From Glaucostegus cemiculus (lineage: Eukaryota), in the NCBI GenBank assembly GCA_976551045.1, contig CDPCPM010000247.1, positions 1,054,001 to 1,118,000 of the forward strand: a stretch of 64,000 bases of DNA, read 5' to 3'. Shown in pieces: positions 12,900 through 25,690 of this stretch. The position numbers and the translations under genes are program-made. The notes under the pieces are model-generated. The model did not search any database. It was not told where the DNA came from and saw only the letters and a list, made by a program, of their open reading frames with translations. How positions within the stretch are numbered: the first letter of the stretch is position 1; every line of letters begins with the position of its first letter.

Positions 12900-13800
12900 T
12901 AAAGACAAATGTGTACCAGTCTTTGCGAGCTGTGCAGCGCAATAGATGGACTGATTAAGAGCTCGGGCACAGACACTGGCAAGAGAATAGGCTACTGCAG
13001 ATGAAAGTTCCATACTCAACAAGCAGTTGAATCTAGAACAATTTGCAAATGTGTTTGAAGGAATTGGAAAGCTAGCAGAAAAACGGTATCTCAAGATGAA
13101 CAAGAGGAAACAGATGGTAGTAAATACTGAAAGGCATGTTCAAAGAGAAATTGAAAGCTGAGGTTGAAAGACTGACAAAGGCAGAAATTATCAAGCCACT
13201 AGGCACTCCTATCCATTGGCTATCACACTTGGTACGTACAGCAACATGTGTTTGGCTTCACATAATCTGAGGAACCATTATCTAATGAAGACAATGGAAG
13301 ATATCTTGCTAGATCAAAGCAGAGTAAAATATCTTCAGCTTGTTGAATGCCAGGAATGAACTTTACCATGTAGACCTTTTCAATAAAAGTTAATTTCCAA
13401 CCATCTTCAACACAGCTTTGGGGAGATATTGATGGCTGCCTGTTTGGGATCAGCACTGCACCCAAAGTTTCAGCAAAGGCTGGATCATTCTGTTAAAAGG
13501 ATTTGTTGGCATGAAGACCACAGCAGATAATGCGCTTTACCTTGTAGAAGGAATAGTTGTTGCAGAAGCAGAGATAAATTGTAACTAAAGATGAGAGCCT
13601 AATGAATATATGCAAAGAACAAACATTGAAGGGTAATATGCAGAACCTAAAGTAAACTTTGAAGGAGATTTCTTTCATTAGTTATGTGGTCGTCAAAGAG
13701 GGTTTCAGAAAAGATCCAGCAAAAATGCACCAAACCTCATATCCTGCTGGACTCCAAGGTTCCATAGGAATGGTTAAATTTCCTGCCTCATCTGAGTAAG
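12900..13800 (+). mobile_element. Heavily decayed Gypsy-type LTR retrotransposon pol (RT) remnant
   Basis: Fragments 'VFEGIGKL', 'EKLKAEVERLTKAEIIKPLGTPIHWLS', 'LFGISTAPKV', 'EISFISYVVVKEGFRKDP' and 'LQG..GMVKF' occur in Gypsy RT order. Confidence 0.65.
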
Positions 13801-16039
13801 GTGTGGGAATTAAGGAGAATATATCACACCTAACTATTGCACGCATGGTCATCTTTTTAAAGTACTATATACATTCAAAGAACAGCACAGGCCACAAAAA
13901 AAATAGTATTATAATCAGGATAGTGCTATAAAATGCAGCATAAAGAAAAAAAAACAGAAAAAAAGAAAAATGATTCCATTTTCAAACACAATCCAGACTA
14001 TCAATTCATGTTTAAGAAAACAAACACTCAGGGGCAGAAGATGACACCAGCAGTAATCCAGGAACAGAATGGCCAGTGATGTTAGTGCAATTAAGCAGAC
14101 TATATGAAGAATGATTGAAAGGAAAAAAATGAGATCGGTAGTAGGCCTAGTGGGTCACTTGATTGTTTTAATTGCCATGAATGGAATAGGGATTTTGCAA
14201 TGTTATTAGTCTCCTTTATTTTTTTTGAGCTGAAGAGTTTAACATGGACCCAATATGATTAGTTGCCATGCAACTAAAAAAATCCATCTCAATATCACCC
14301 AGAGAATATTCATTGAGCAGATTTCATCACAGTGTTCTTCAGAACACGTTAAGCAGTGCTTATTAAATAAATGGAGTCCACTTTAAATGGTTTACAACTA
14401 TTTATTAAGTTCAGCTACAACCGAAGATGAGAAACTACAAATCTTTATGGCAAACAAAACTGGAAATTGTAACTGATTAATTACCATCTGAACAAAGATA
14501 TATCATGTTTATGGGTGTAACTGCCAAAGCAATTTCACACTAAGTATTAAATTATATTGTTCATTTGATCAATGCAATTCACTTTCAGTAGTCGCTGTTT
14601 GGTTGCCAATCTGGTAACTCGAAAGATTTGATATACCAATCTTTAGCACAACAGAAGAATAGAATGTAAAGTATTCCATCTCAGCCATTTCTGAAAGGTA
14701 TAAAGGAGAGTAGGAAGAAACCAAGCCAAACTATTCTTACCCTAATAACTTTCAGTCAAAATGGTGTTTAAAAAGGGAGGGGGAAGGAAGGGTGATGAAG
14801 AGTGAAAGGATAGAGACAGAGCAAAACACCCTACAGGCCAGGAAATAGTGACCAATATGGAACTGGGAGGGGGGTGGGGGGGGTGCAAAATAAGTATTAA
14901 ACTGGATTTAACATTGGCAGCTGCAGTCAACCAGTGCACTTCATTCAACAATTTCTTTGCACTTTAGTATTGAAAATTGGCTAAGAACGGTTGTGTGTAT
15001 TCACAGCCCTGAAAAACTATACAAGGTTTATCTAATGGAACAAGTCCTGGCAGTGGCTCCTGGAGAATCGTAGATACAGCACAGAATATGAGCACTTTGT
15101 TCAAGAATTTGAGAAACCACAGCTCTGATTTCAATAATTAGGAATATCATTAAGCTATACAAACAAGAAGAGCTTAGAAATAGTCAATTCAAAAATTTTT
15201 TATTAACACACAGCAGCAAAGTTGTAAGAGGGAAATTCATAAATGTATGAATGTGTGAGAGTAAGAGAATGGGCTGGACCATGCTAATCTGGCTGGCTGC
15301 CCTAAATTGCCTAGCCCAGATGTGAAGGGCCAATCTCATTAACCTCTGCGCACTTAACTCAGCAGCATACAGCTGAGGCGCTGTCTCTGGAATGCCCTGA
15401 CAGGCTTTGCCAGAGGGAAAGCTGGGTGGGGTGGAGCTTTGCTTCCTGTCAAAGCTCTGAAGAGTTTTTAAATCTCAGACATGCAGAGTCATCTAGAAAT
15501 CATTGTAATTGAAGCAACAAAATATGAAATACAACATGGTTAATTAACAAAAATAATTAATAACATTAAACCAAAGTTGGTTTTGAAATGTACTTACTTT
15601 CCCTTTGCTTCCTTATCTGCAGCTCTGGAATTCTACTGAAGTCAGTGGGGTTTCCTGGCCTACAAATGGTCTGGCCTTTCTTTGCTGTTGGACTTCATGT
15701 GGAGTCCAGTGGCAGATTATAGGAACAAATGCAACACCATTCAGCAGCGCATACACAGAAGTGACAGACTGACTTAAGATTCAGTGTGTGGAAGTCAATA
15801 GTTCAGGTCAGAACTACTGACGACATCCAGGCAAGATTCGTCCCAATAAGGAATTGACTGAGATATTGAACAAATATTGCTACAGAAAACAAAAATAACA
15901 AACAAAACATAACAAACAAAACACAAATAACAAGCAAAATATAATGGGCAACAAATACACTGATAAAAGTAAGGAATTTAAGTTAATATTATTAAAAGAG
16001 AAAATAATGAAGAAATATATGATTTAAAGATTAAAAGGG

Positions 16040-16285
16040 GCATGCATTTAAGGTGAGGGGACTAGGTTCAGAATAGACAGAGAGTGGTGGATGCCTGGAA
16101 TGCATTGCCTGATAAGGTGGTGGAGGCAAATTCATTGGGGGCTTTTAAGAGGGGCTTGGATGGGCACACATGAATGAGAGGAAAATAGAAGGATATGGGC
16201 ATTCTGTAGGCAGGAGGGAATAACTATGTTGGCACAACATTGTGGCCAAAGGGCCTATTTTGTGCTGTACTGTTCTATGTTCTAG
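16040..16285 (+). mobile_element. CR1 LINE 3' fragment
   Basis: RVVDAWNALPDKVVEA motif and a ...tgtactgttctatgttcta tail. Confidence 0.8.
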
Positions 16286-16735
16286 ATGTCAAATCCCCTA
16301 TATCTGATGGCCTATATCAAAAGTACATGGCTGTAGAGAAAACACAAGCATTAATGTTTTTATTCCAGAGCTCATTCATTTCTGGAAAAGTCCATGAATC
16401 AAGAGAGAACTGAAGACTATTTAGCTGGTCATCAATTTACAGAAAATTGTTGTAATCTAATATTAAGAACGTGGTAAGAGGACACGTGAAACAGTCAAAA
16501 TACAATTAGGCAAAATCAACATTGTTTTAAAGGGAAAGCAGCATTTCAGAATTCTCAGTTTATGGAGGATAAAAATTAACAGGGTTGATAAAAGGGAATA
16601 AATTGATAAGGCATAGTTTAAAAAGGCATTTCATAGTGTATCACAAAAGGTATCATATACAATGCCTCATGGGATTGGGGTATACAGTAACATGTATGGA
16701 TAGTCTGAAGGACAAAACAGATTGGGAATAAATAG

Positions 16736-17792
16736 CAACACACACAAAATGCTGGAGGAATTCAGCAGTCAGGCAGCATCTATGATAGAAAATAAACAGT
16801 CGACATTTCAGGTCAAGATCCTTCATCAGAACTGGAAAGGAAGAGGGCAGAAGGGAAACCATGTTTATGGAAAAAATTATGGAAAAAAAAGCCATCTCAA
16901 ATATCCTAGAATGGAAAGCTTCATTGTGAGAACAGATGTGGCAGAGGAACTGGGAGTAGGGGATAGCATCCTTGCAAGTGACAGGGTGGGAAGAGGTGTA
17001 GTCAAGGTAACTGTGGGAGTCAGTGGCTTTGTAAAAGATGTCTGTGGTTAATCTGTCTCCAGAGGTGGAGACGGAGAGAACCAGACAGGGGAGAGAGGTG
17101 TCAGAGATGGACCAAGTAAATTTGAGGGCAGGGTGGAAGTTGGAGGCCAAGTCGATGAAATTGACAAACTCAGCATGGGTGCAGGAAACAGCCCCAATGT
17201 AGTCAACGATGTAGCAGATAAAGGGTTGGGGGGGTGGGGGGGCGTTACAGGTGTCAGCTTGGAACACGAAAAGGCAGGCATAGCTGGGGCCCAAGCAAGT
17301 GCCCTTGGCTACACCTTTGGTTTGGAGAAAGTGGGAGGAGCCAAAAGAGAAGTTGTTGAGGGTGAGTACCAGTTCTGCCAGACAGAGGAGAGTGGCGGTG
17401 GAGGGGGACTGGTTGGATCTGTTGTTGAGAAAGAAATGGAGAGCCTTCAGGTCTTTGTGATGAGGGATGGAAGTGTACAGGGACTTGATGTCCATAGTGA
17501 AGATGAGGCAGTTCGGGCTGGGGAACTGAAAGTTGTTAAAGTGATGGAGGGCATGCGAAGTGTCATGGATGTAGGTGGGAAGGGACTGGACCAAGGGGGA
17601 CAAAATGGAGTCAAGATATGAGGACACAAGTTCAGTGGGGCAGGAGCAGGCAGGCAGAAACAATGGCCTACTGGGGCAGTTGGGTTTGTGATCTTGGGTA
17701 GGAGGTAGAAACGGCCAGTTCAGGGTAGGGGAACAATGAGGTTGGAGGCTGTATAGGGGAGATCTCCAGAGGTGATGAGGTCAGTTATACTG
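16736..17792 (-). mobile_element. Penelope-like retroelement fragment (RT plus terminal repeat) inserted in an old CR1
   Basis: ORF 16653..17663 has PLE RT motifs (PTELVSSYLDSIL.PLVQSLPTYI.DT, TMDIKSLYTSIPH, QTKGVAKGT.LGPSYA, YLDYTSSHP). 13-bp TSD tgggaataaatag at 16723-16735 and 17793-17805. Confidence 0.88.
16797..16834 (-). ncRNA. Minimal type I hammerhead ribozyme motif in the Penelope terminal repeat
   Basis: Minus strand CAGTT-CTGATGA-AGGATC.TT.GACCT-GAAAT-GTC-GACTG. Core boxes are intact and stem I CAGUU/GACUG can pair. Confidence 0.6.
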
Positions 17793-19329
17793 TGGGAATA
17801 AATAGATCATTTCAGGCTGTCACTACAGAGATGGTACAAGGATTAGTACTGACCTCTCAGTTACTTGCAATCTATATTAAAGGAGAAAGTCTGCTGAGAC
17901 TAAGCTAGGTGAGAAAGTGAGATCCAAGTAAAATGCAAAAGAATCTCCAAAGGAATATATACAGGTTAAATGCATGGAAAAGATGGCAATGGACTATAAT
18001 GTGTGAAACTATCCATTTTGACACAAGAATTCTTTTTTTTAAATGGGAAGAGTAGTAATAAATGTTTAAGCAGAAAGATCTGATCACAAAACACAGAAGG
18101 TTAGTATACAGGTACCCAAAGCACTAGGAAGACAAGAGGTATGTTGGTTTTAAATGCAAAGGGCATATGCTACAATTACAGAGGGTTTGGTAAGACGATA
18201 CCTAAAGTATCATGTGCAGTTTTGATGCCATACCCAAGCAAGGAAACGTGGGAGTGCAACAAAATTTCACTAGCAGGAAGGAAACAACCCATGAAGGAGA
18301 GATAGCATAGACTATGCCTTTTGTTCCTTAGAGAAGGGCTCCCAAACTCAGGTTCATGACCTCTATAAAGTACCACACAAGAGATTATTAAACAAAATAA
18401 GAACCCGATATTGGGGATAATTTACTGGTATGGATGAACATTGGTTAATGAACAGAAACAGAGAGTAAGAATAAATGGGTCATTTCTTACTTGGGAGACT
18501 CTGATTAATGGAGTGCTGCAGGGATTGGTGCTCAGGCCCCTTCCTGCTTATGGTTGGATGAGCAGGATCATGTACAACAGATCCAAGTTTGCTGATGATA
18601 GAAAAATCAAGTGGCAGTGTGGGCAGTGAAGAAATTGAAGAGGAGTTTCAGGAGAATACAGACAGGTTGTCAATTGGTGAAGCTGGCAGATGGAATACAA
18701 TGTGGTAACGTGAAATCATCCATTTTGATGAAAAAAAGTGCAAAATATAGAGTTGTGCATTGTGTTTTTCTGCCTTGGGTTGCATCTTTCATTTCCAATT
18801 TCAAATTTTACTCAGACTTCTTGATCCTATAATCAGTTAACTGTAACCTGAAAGATATTCTTACATTATCCATGGAATTCACCTTTGTTCCACATTTGGA
18901 CCAAATTCTAATGAATCCAGAGCCAAATGTCTTTGGCAGAACCCAATTTGATCAGTTATTGGCAAGCAATTTACATTGACAGCAGTATAAATGGCTGTTT
19001 CCATCACTTTGCTAATGACAGAGAGTAGACCAATGGAGTAGTAATTAACCACATTGAATCTATCCTATACTTCACAGTCAGGCTATGTCTTTCCACATTG
19101 CTGGGCTCATACTGTTTTATACTTGTTCTGGAACAACTTGGTTAGAACTATGGCTAATTCTGTTCCAGCACAATTCTTCAGCAGGTTTGGTAGAATTCTG
19201 AAGCCATGGCTACTTCCAGCATTCTCTCTCATTATCTGAGATTAAATGGAGTAAATTAATTTGGTTAAAGATTGGTTTCTGTGATGGGGATGAGTAGGTA
19301 TGAGTGGCTGACCATTTCTTCTATTTCAC

Positions 19330-20255
19330 AAGATAATGGAGCAGAAGCAGGCCACTCGGCCCATTGAGTCTGCTCCAAAGGGAAGGGAGGGTGGGGAAAA
19401 AAAAAGAGGATGAAAAAGAATGAGAAAAAAAAACTATTCTAAATCCAAATTCCAGCCTTATCTCCATATCCCTTGATACCTCGAACAATTAGATATCTAT
19501 TTCCTTCTTGAATATCCCCAATGATCTGGCCCCCACTGCTTTCTGTGGTAAGGGGTTCCACAGGTTCACCACCCTCTGGCTAAAGAAATTCCTCCTTATC
19601 TCTGTTTTGAACCTGCTTCCTCTAATTCTAAGGTTGTGCCCTCTAGTCCTGGACTCCCCCACCAAGGGAAACAGCTTGACCACATTCACTTTGTCCATTC
19701 CTTTCAACATCTTGTACGTTTCTATTAGGTCCCCTCTCATTCTTCTGTACTCCAACGAGTACAGTCCAAGTGCCGACAGCCGCTCATCATATGTAAGCCT
19801 TTTCATCCCAGGAATCATCCTAGTAAATCTCCTCTGAACCCTCTCCAACATCAGCACATCCTTCCTAAGATATGGGGCCCAAAACTGTACACAGTACTCT
19901 AAATGAGGCCTCACCAGTGCCCCATATAGCCTCATCAACACTTCCTTGCTTTTATATACTATACCCCTCGAAATAAATGCCAACATAGCATTCGCTTTCC
20001 TTACCACCGAGCCAACCTGGTGGTTAACCTTTAGGTTATCCTGTACGAGCACCCCTAAGTCCCTTTGTACTACTGTACTTCCAATTTTATCTCCTTCTAG
20101 ATAATAGTCTGCCCGTTTATTTCTACTTCCAAAGTGTACAACTGCACATTTTTCCACGTTGAATCTCATCTGCCATTTCCTCGCCCATTCTCCTAGACTA
20201 TCCAAGTCTCTCTGTAACTTTCCTGTCTCTTCACTACTCTCCACTCCTCCCCCAA
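19330..20255 (-). mobile_element. Young 5'-truncated CR1 LINE
   Basis: Uninterrupted 251-aa ORF2 C-terminus (19489..20244; RPHLEYCVQFWAP, FFSQRVVNLWN) plus 3' UTR. Possible TSD ttctatttc at 19319-19327 and 20267-20275. Confidence 0.93.
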
Positions 20256-20644
20256 ATTTCTTATGTTTCTATTTCTTTTGAAGAGTATTAATGCCAGACT
20301 GGATATGTAGCAGTTAGTGAGTGAACCAACACTAGTGATAAAACTATTTGATTTGTCCTTCATCATTTACTAATTGTGCATTCATCTACACTATATACTT
20401 CAAGTTAGTATCCAGTCAGTCCTTTGAAATGAAAACAACCCAGTTTCATCCTTGCATCACACATGCTAAGTTCCTCTCTTGAGGATAGGATGTTCTTGGA
20501 ACTTCCTACTCCCTTTAGTTATTTTGTTGTTCATTACCATTCATAATACAGCAGGACTGCAGAGCTTTGTTCTGTTTGTGGGGGGATTACTTGCCTCTGG
20601 CTCTTTTGTGTTTTTAAGCTCCTCTATCCATTGAGTCTTTCCCA

Positions 20645-21295
20645 TTTGAGGTGGAAGTCCATAGCACACAGGTGAATAGGATAGGAAGAAAGGTACTTGG
20701 TATGCTTACCTTCATAGGCTAAGATACTGAGCAGAAGAGTCGTGATGTCATGTTGCACCTGTACACAATATAAGTTAGATCACACTGTATCATGTACAGT
20801 TTTGGTCACCAAACTACAGGAGGGATGTGATAGCATTAGAACGAGTGCAGTGAGATTCACCCAGCAAGTTGCCTGGAATGGAGAGCTGTGGTCATAAGGA
20901 GAGATTGGGTAGGTTGGGTTTATTCTCACTGGAATGTAGGAGGCTGAGGTGTGACCTTATTGATATTTACAAAAGGATGAAGAGCATAGATAGAATCTTT
21001 TCCCCAGGGTAGGGGAGTGTAGAAGTAGAGGGTACAGATTTAATGGGAGAAATTTAAAGAATATATGAGGGGTAAGTCTTCCCATACAGAGGACGGTGAA
21101 TATTTGGAACAAGCTACCAGAGGAGGTGGTGGAGGCAGATACAATTACAATGCTTAACAGGCATTTTGAAAGATACTTGGATAGGCAAGACACAGGCCTT
21201 ACATGGGCAAATGGGATTAGCACAAGCAGGCATCACAGTTGGAATGGATGAGGTGGGCCAGTAGGGCCCATTTCTGTGCTGTACAATTCTATTTA
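20645..21295 (+). mobile_element. Degenerate CR1 3' fragment
   Basis: Decayed ORF2 C-terminal motifs (QFWSP, RRLR.DL, WNKLPEEVVEADTI) and tail. Confidence 0.8.
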
Positions 21296-23479
21296 GCATG
21301 AGGGTTGTGTCATGTTCAGTTTATTCTCACTGGATATTCTTCTCAGTGTGAAATATGGTTACCATCACAAGCACTGCACTGGTCACTTCTGTCAATACTG
21401 TCTTGAACCAATGAATGCACTATAAGTAAATGATCAAGGACAAATCAAATAGCTGTTTCACTGGTGTTGGTCATCTCACCAATTGCTACATATCCAGTCT
21501 GGCAATATGTCCTTCAAAAGAAATAGAAACATAAGAAATAGAATGATTAGGTCATATAGTTACTCATGCCTCCTCCATTATTCAGTTGGTTCATGGCTGA
21601 TCTTTTAGCTCAGCAACATTTTCCTGCACTAAACTCATATAACTTGATTGCATTAATATCTAATGAGCTATCAACCTTCAAGTTCAAGTTTATTGCTGTC
21701 AATAGGCAGACATACACAGGGTATAGCTTTTTGCAACAGCAGAACAGTATATTACAAACATGACAAGCACAAGTTAACATAGCTAAATTAAAAACTATTC
21801 ATAACTTACATGTGTGCAAAAATAAACATAACAACACTAGTGCGAGAGAGAGAGAGAGGAATATTTCTTATTGTGTTTGATTTTGTGGCTTCATACAAGT
21901 ATGTGGCTACGAGGCTGTTTCAGGGTGTAGTTAAGAACCAACCACATTACTGTACATCTGTCGTCACACTTTGGCAATACCAGGCAAAGCATTTGTGAAC
22001 CAGTCAGGTTTTTACAAAAATCCACTCATTTCACCGTCACTGATCACTAATATTTTAGTCAAGATTGTTAAATTAACTATACTAAAATTTCAGTGTAATA
22101 GGCTTTAACTTCATATTTATGGATCTTAGTCCAGTTCTCTTGGTTACCAGTTCAGTAATTAAACATTGGACCTAATATCTGCAACTGATGGTGATGGTCC
22201 ACAGGTTGGGCACCTATGGTGCAAAATAGATAAATGCATGAAGAACAATAACTGTTATTATCCAAGGGAGTTTTAACAAAACAGAAACATCAGAAGACCA
22301 TTTACAAACATTGACATCAAGGCACAAGAGATATTAGGGTAGATTATTTTAAAGAATGTCCTAAGTGAGGAGGAAATTCCAGAGTTGAATTGAAGACTGT
22401 CAAGTCTTTGGTGGAGCAAGTAGAGATGTGCAACAGGCCAAAATTGTAGGACTGATTTCAAACTGGAGGAGATTACAGATAGGGAGGGTAGGATTATGGA
22501 AGGACCAAAAAGCAAGGATGAGAACTGTAAAATTAAGACTAGTGATTAAAGACATTAATTTCCTTGTGGCTGTTTTTACACTATGTTGCTTTATGATTTC
22601 ACAAGGCATCAGAGCTTTACAATCACTGTGACATCAGTTATAATTCTGACACTATATATGGAAATTGATTTTTAATGGTGCTCAATATCTTACATAATTG
22701 AGGTTATGACGTCACAATTACTTGCTATTATTAAAAATGCTTGTCCAAGGTTAAAATGCTTTCCAACAATATATTACAATAAACAAGTGGCAGAGCAAAA
22801 ATATCATTTAAGGGGAAGCATCATTGTCCTTTAACTGCCATCTGCACAATTAAAAAGAACTCTGGCTAAATGTGAAAAACCGCCAGACAGAAACTATTAA
22901 ACAAAAACCACACTGAGAATTCTCAAAAAAAAAACTGCAACTGGATTTCTGCAGCTTTTTATCATTTAACAATGTAAAACTTAATAAGTAGCTCAATTTC
23001 CTTATCTCCACAACGCGGGTGACAAATTATAAACATGAACAATAAAGCTCACATTTGCAATATCTCTGTCCTGAATGGCAGCTGAGCCACAAGATTACCA
23101 TTAATTGTATCAGTAATCACATCTACATTTTAGAAAGATTACTACATACAAAACACATGTATAAAGTGTTTCTATGATACAGTGTACTTTTGTAAAGTTA
23201 GATTATAAATGCATGAACAGATTCTCTTTTACAGTGAGCAGAACAATATGGGACTTAGTATCAACAAGTTTTCGGTTTGGAAATTTAAAGGAAAGCACAA
23301 AGAGGAAAATATCTCATCTGAAGCCATTCCCATTCTTAAATGGCACTAATCCACCAAAAAGTAAAGAGAATTTCATCCTAAAAAACGCACTGCTTCATGA
23401 AGTGCATTTGTGACAGTCATAAATATTGCACACACAATAAAATCCACACCTTCCCAGGAACTAACTCAGTTTTCTACTC

Positions 23480-24070
23480 CACCCAAGGTGCCGCGACCCC
23501 ACAGTCGATGAAATATTTGGAGAGTCAGCCCCCGGCGCCAACCCACCAGAGGTGAGAGCCTGGAAAACGTTGCCGAACAACCCGCCTCCTCCCTCCGCAC
23601 AGCTCCCCGGCCATTCTCATCCTACCTCACACTGTAATAGGACATCTTTGGGCGCCGTTGCTATGGTGTTGGCGGCAGCTCCCGTCTCCCGCTCCCGGCT
23701 CCGTCACTCAGCTCCAACTCACTCCGGGAGCTCCGGCCGTAGCAACGCACCAGCCAACAAACACCATTCCCATTGGCCCTCCGTCCATCCACCCAACACG
23801 TCATCTCATTCAGTTACAGTCGATTCATGCTGTTTTTCCGATGGAACCGGAGTTTTCAAGCAATCTCTAAGTAACGCAAGCCCGCCACGCAGGTCCCGAA
23901 ATCACTAGAGTTGCTCGGCGCTGTCTGGCGAAAGTCTCCCGATCGTTTTGTTTCCCGGCCCAGGCTGCCTATGTGGAGCACTGCGGTTGGGAGCGTTGAG
24001 CCAGCGGGCAGCACTGCGCAGGCTGCCTGCCTGCCTTCTGGCCGGCTGCCTCGCAGTCGGGTAGGTCTAG
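23480..24070. promoter_or_regulatory. CpG island and promoter of TULP3
   Basis: CpG-rich patch in an AT-rich background. CCAAT box (attgg near 23772) and X-box half-sites GTTGCTATGG (23657-23666) and TAGCAAC (23740-23746). Confidence 0.75.
23626..23645 (-). CDS. TULP3: TULP3 probable first coding exon (MSYYSV/S)
   Basis: aagATG TCC TAT TAC AGT GTG AG|gtagg is 20 nt, phase 2. It joins exon 2 in frame (AG+T=Ser) and lies in the CpG island. Confidence 0.65.
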
Positions 24071-24309
24071 ATCCAGAGAAACAAAGGACTGCAGATGCTG
24101 GAAAATCTACTGCTTTCACCCCTTACCGGTCTTAAGTAAGTCCATAATGCTAAAATAATGCTCCATTATTTGAATTTCCTCACCAGAGAAAGAAACTGAT
24201 TGGAATCTATCCAGTCACATTTTGGGAACCTCAGCTTAGATCCAACCCACCCCCCGTCTTCTAAACCCCAGCGAAGTGCAAAGATCAGAGATCTTACCGC
24301 TAACTTCCT

Positions 24310-25690
24310 TTAGCCTCATTGAGTCAAACAGCGTGGAAACAAATCCTCTGGCCGTGCCAGCTATCAAATACCTAGATATCACCAATCCCATTTTCCAGCA
24401 CTCGGCCCGTAGCCTTCCACGTCATGGCATTTCAAATGGTTTTGTAAATATTTCTTAAAAGTTGTGAGGGTACCTGGCTCCGCCAATCCCTCAAGCAGTG
24501 TGTTCAAAATTTCAATCATCCTCTGGGTGAAAAAAAAATTCCTCAAATCCCCTCCAGATCTCCCACCCAAATCTTAAACCTTTACATTCTAGTCTTGGAC
24601 GTCTCTGCTAAGAGGACTTTTTTCCCCTATATGTACTCTGTTCTCTCATATTTTTGTGCAACTCATTCAAGACCCCCCCCCCCCCTCAGCTTGCTCTGCT
24701 CCAAGGAAAACAACCCACCTATCCAGCTGAAATGCTCCATTCCAGGCAAGTCCCAGTGAATCTCCTCTGCATCTTGCTCACTGTAATCACATCTTTCCTA
24801 GCCAGTGGTGATCAGAACTGTACACAGTACTCCAGCTGCTTTATATAATTGTACAATAACCTCTTGTATTCTATGTTCTGACTAATAAAGGTGTATCCTG
24901 TATATCTTCTTAACCAGCATATCTACCAGTGCTGCTACTTTCAGGAATCCCTGGACACCATTGTTCCTGTGTTCCTCCACACTTCCTGGAGTCATTTCAT
25001 TTTAATGTGTATATCCTACCCTTGTTAATGGTCCCAAATGCACCACCTCACATGTTTCAGGACTGGATTCCATCAGCCATCAGATTATCCCTGATTCATC
25101 TCTGCTTCTTCAAGTGCAGTATAATTCAGTCCTTCAGAATTTTTAAAAATAATTTCTCCATTGTTTCTTTTAGATTCAACAGTCTTTAACTGATTGGATT
25201 ATTTCAGCTTTTTTTCTTTAATAAAGGTACCACATTTGCCATCCTGCAGTTATCTGGCACTCATTCTGTGGCCAGAGAAGATTTGAAAATCTCTGTCAGA
25301 GCCCTCCGCATTCTCCTCCCATGCCTGCCACAGCAGCCTGTGATACATGACATTGATTTATCCACCATTAAACCTGGTAAAACATCTAATACTTCCTCCT
25401 TCATAATGGTAATTTGTTCTAGAAATTCAGCACCCTTCTTCTTGACTTCTCCAACAACTATGTCCCTCTTCATAATGAATATTCATTTAAAACCTCATCT
25501 ACTTCCCACTTCACACACAGATTTCCAGTAATACACTTTCTCTGGTTATCTTCTTCCCCATAATAATAAAATACTGTGGGATTTTTCTTCATCCTTCCCA
25601 CCAGTGCTATTTCATGCCCCATCTTCACAAATGCTGTCTGCCCTATGGCATATTCCAGCACTTTCTGTGTTATCTCGGGACACAAAACAA
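24310..25690 (-). mobile_element. Degenerate CR1 LINE with deletions
   Basis: Minus-strand fragments FFTQRMIEILNTL, ALTEIFKSSLAT and GRMKKNPTVFY. Confidence 0.75.

Noticed and set aside
15590-15700. Candidate TULP3 alternative exon with ATG and gtaagt donor
   Set aside because: In-frame TAG before the donor and no tubby similarity.
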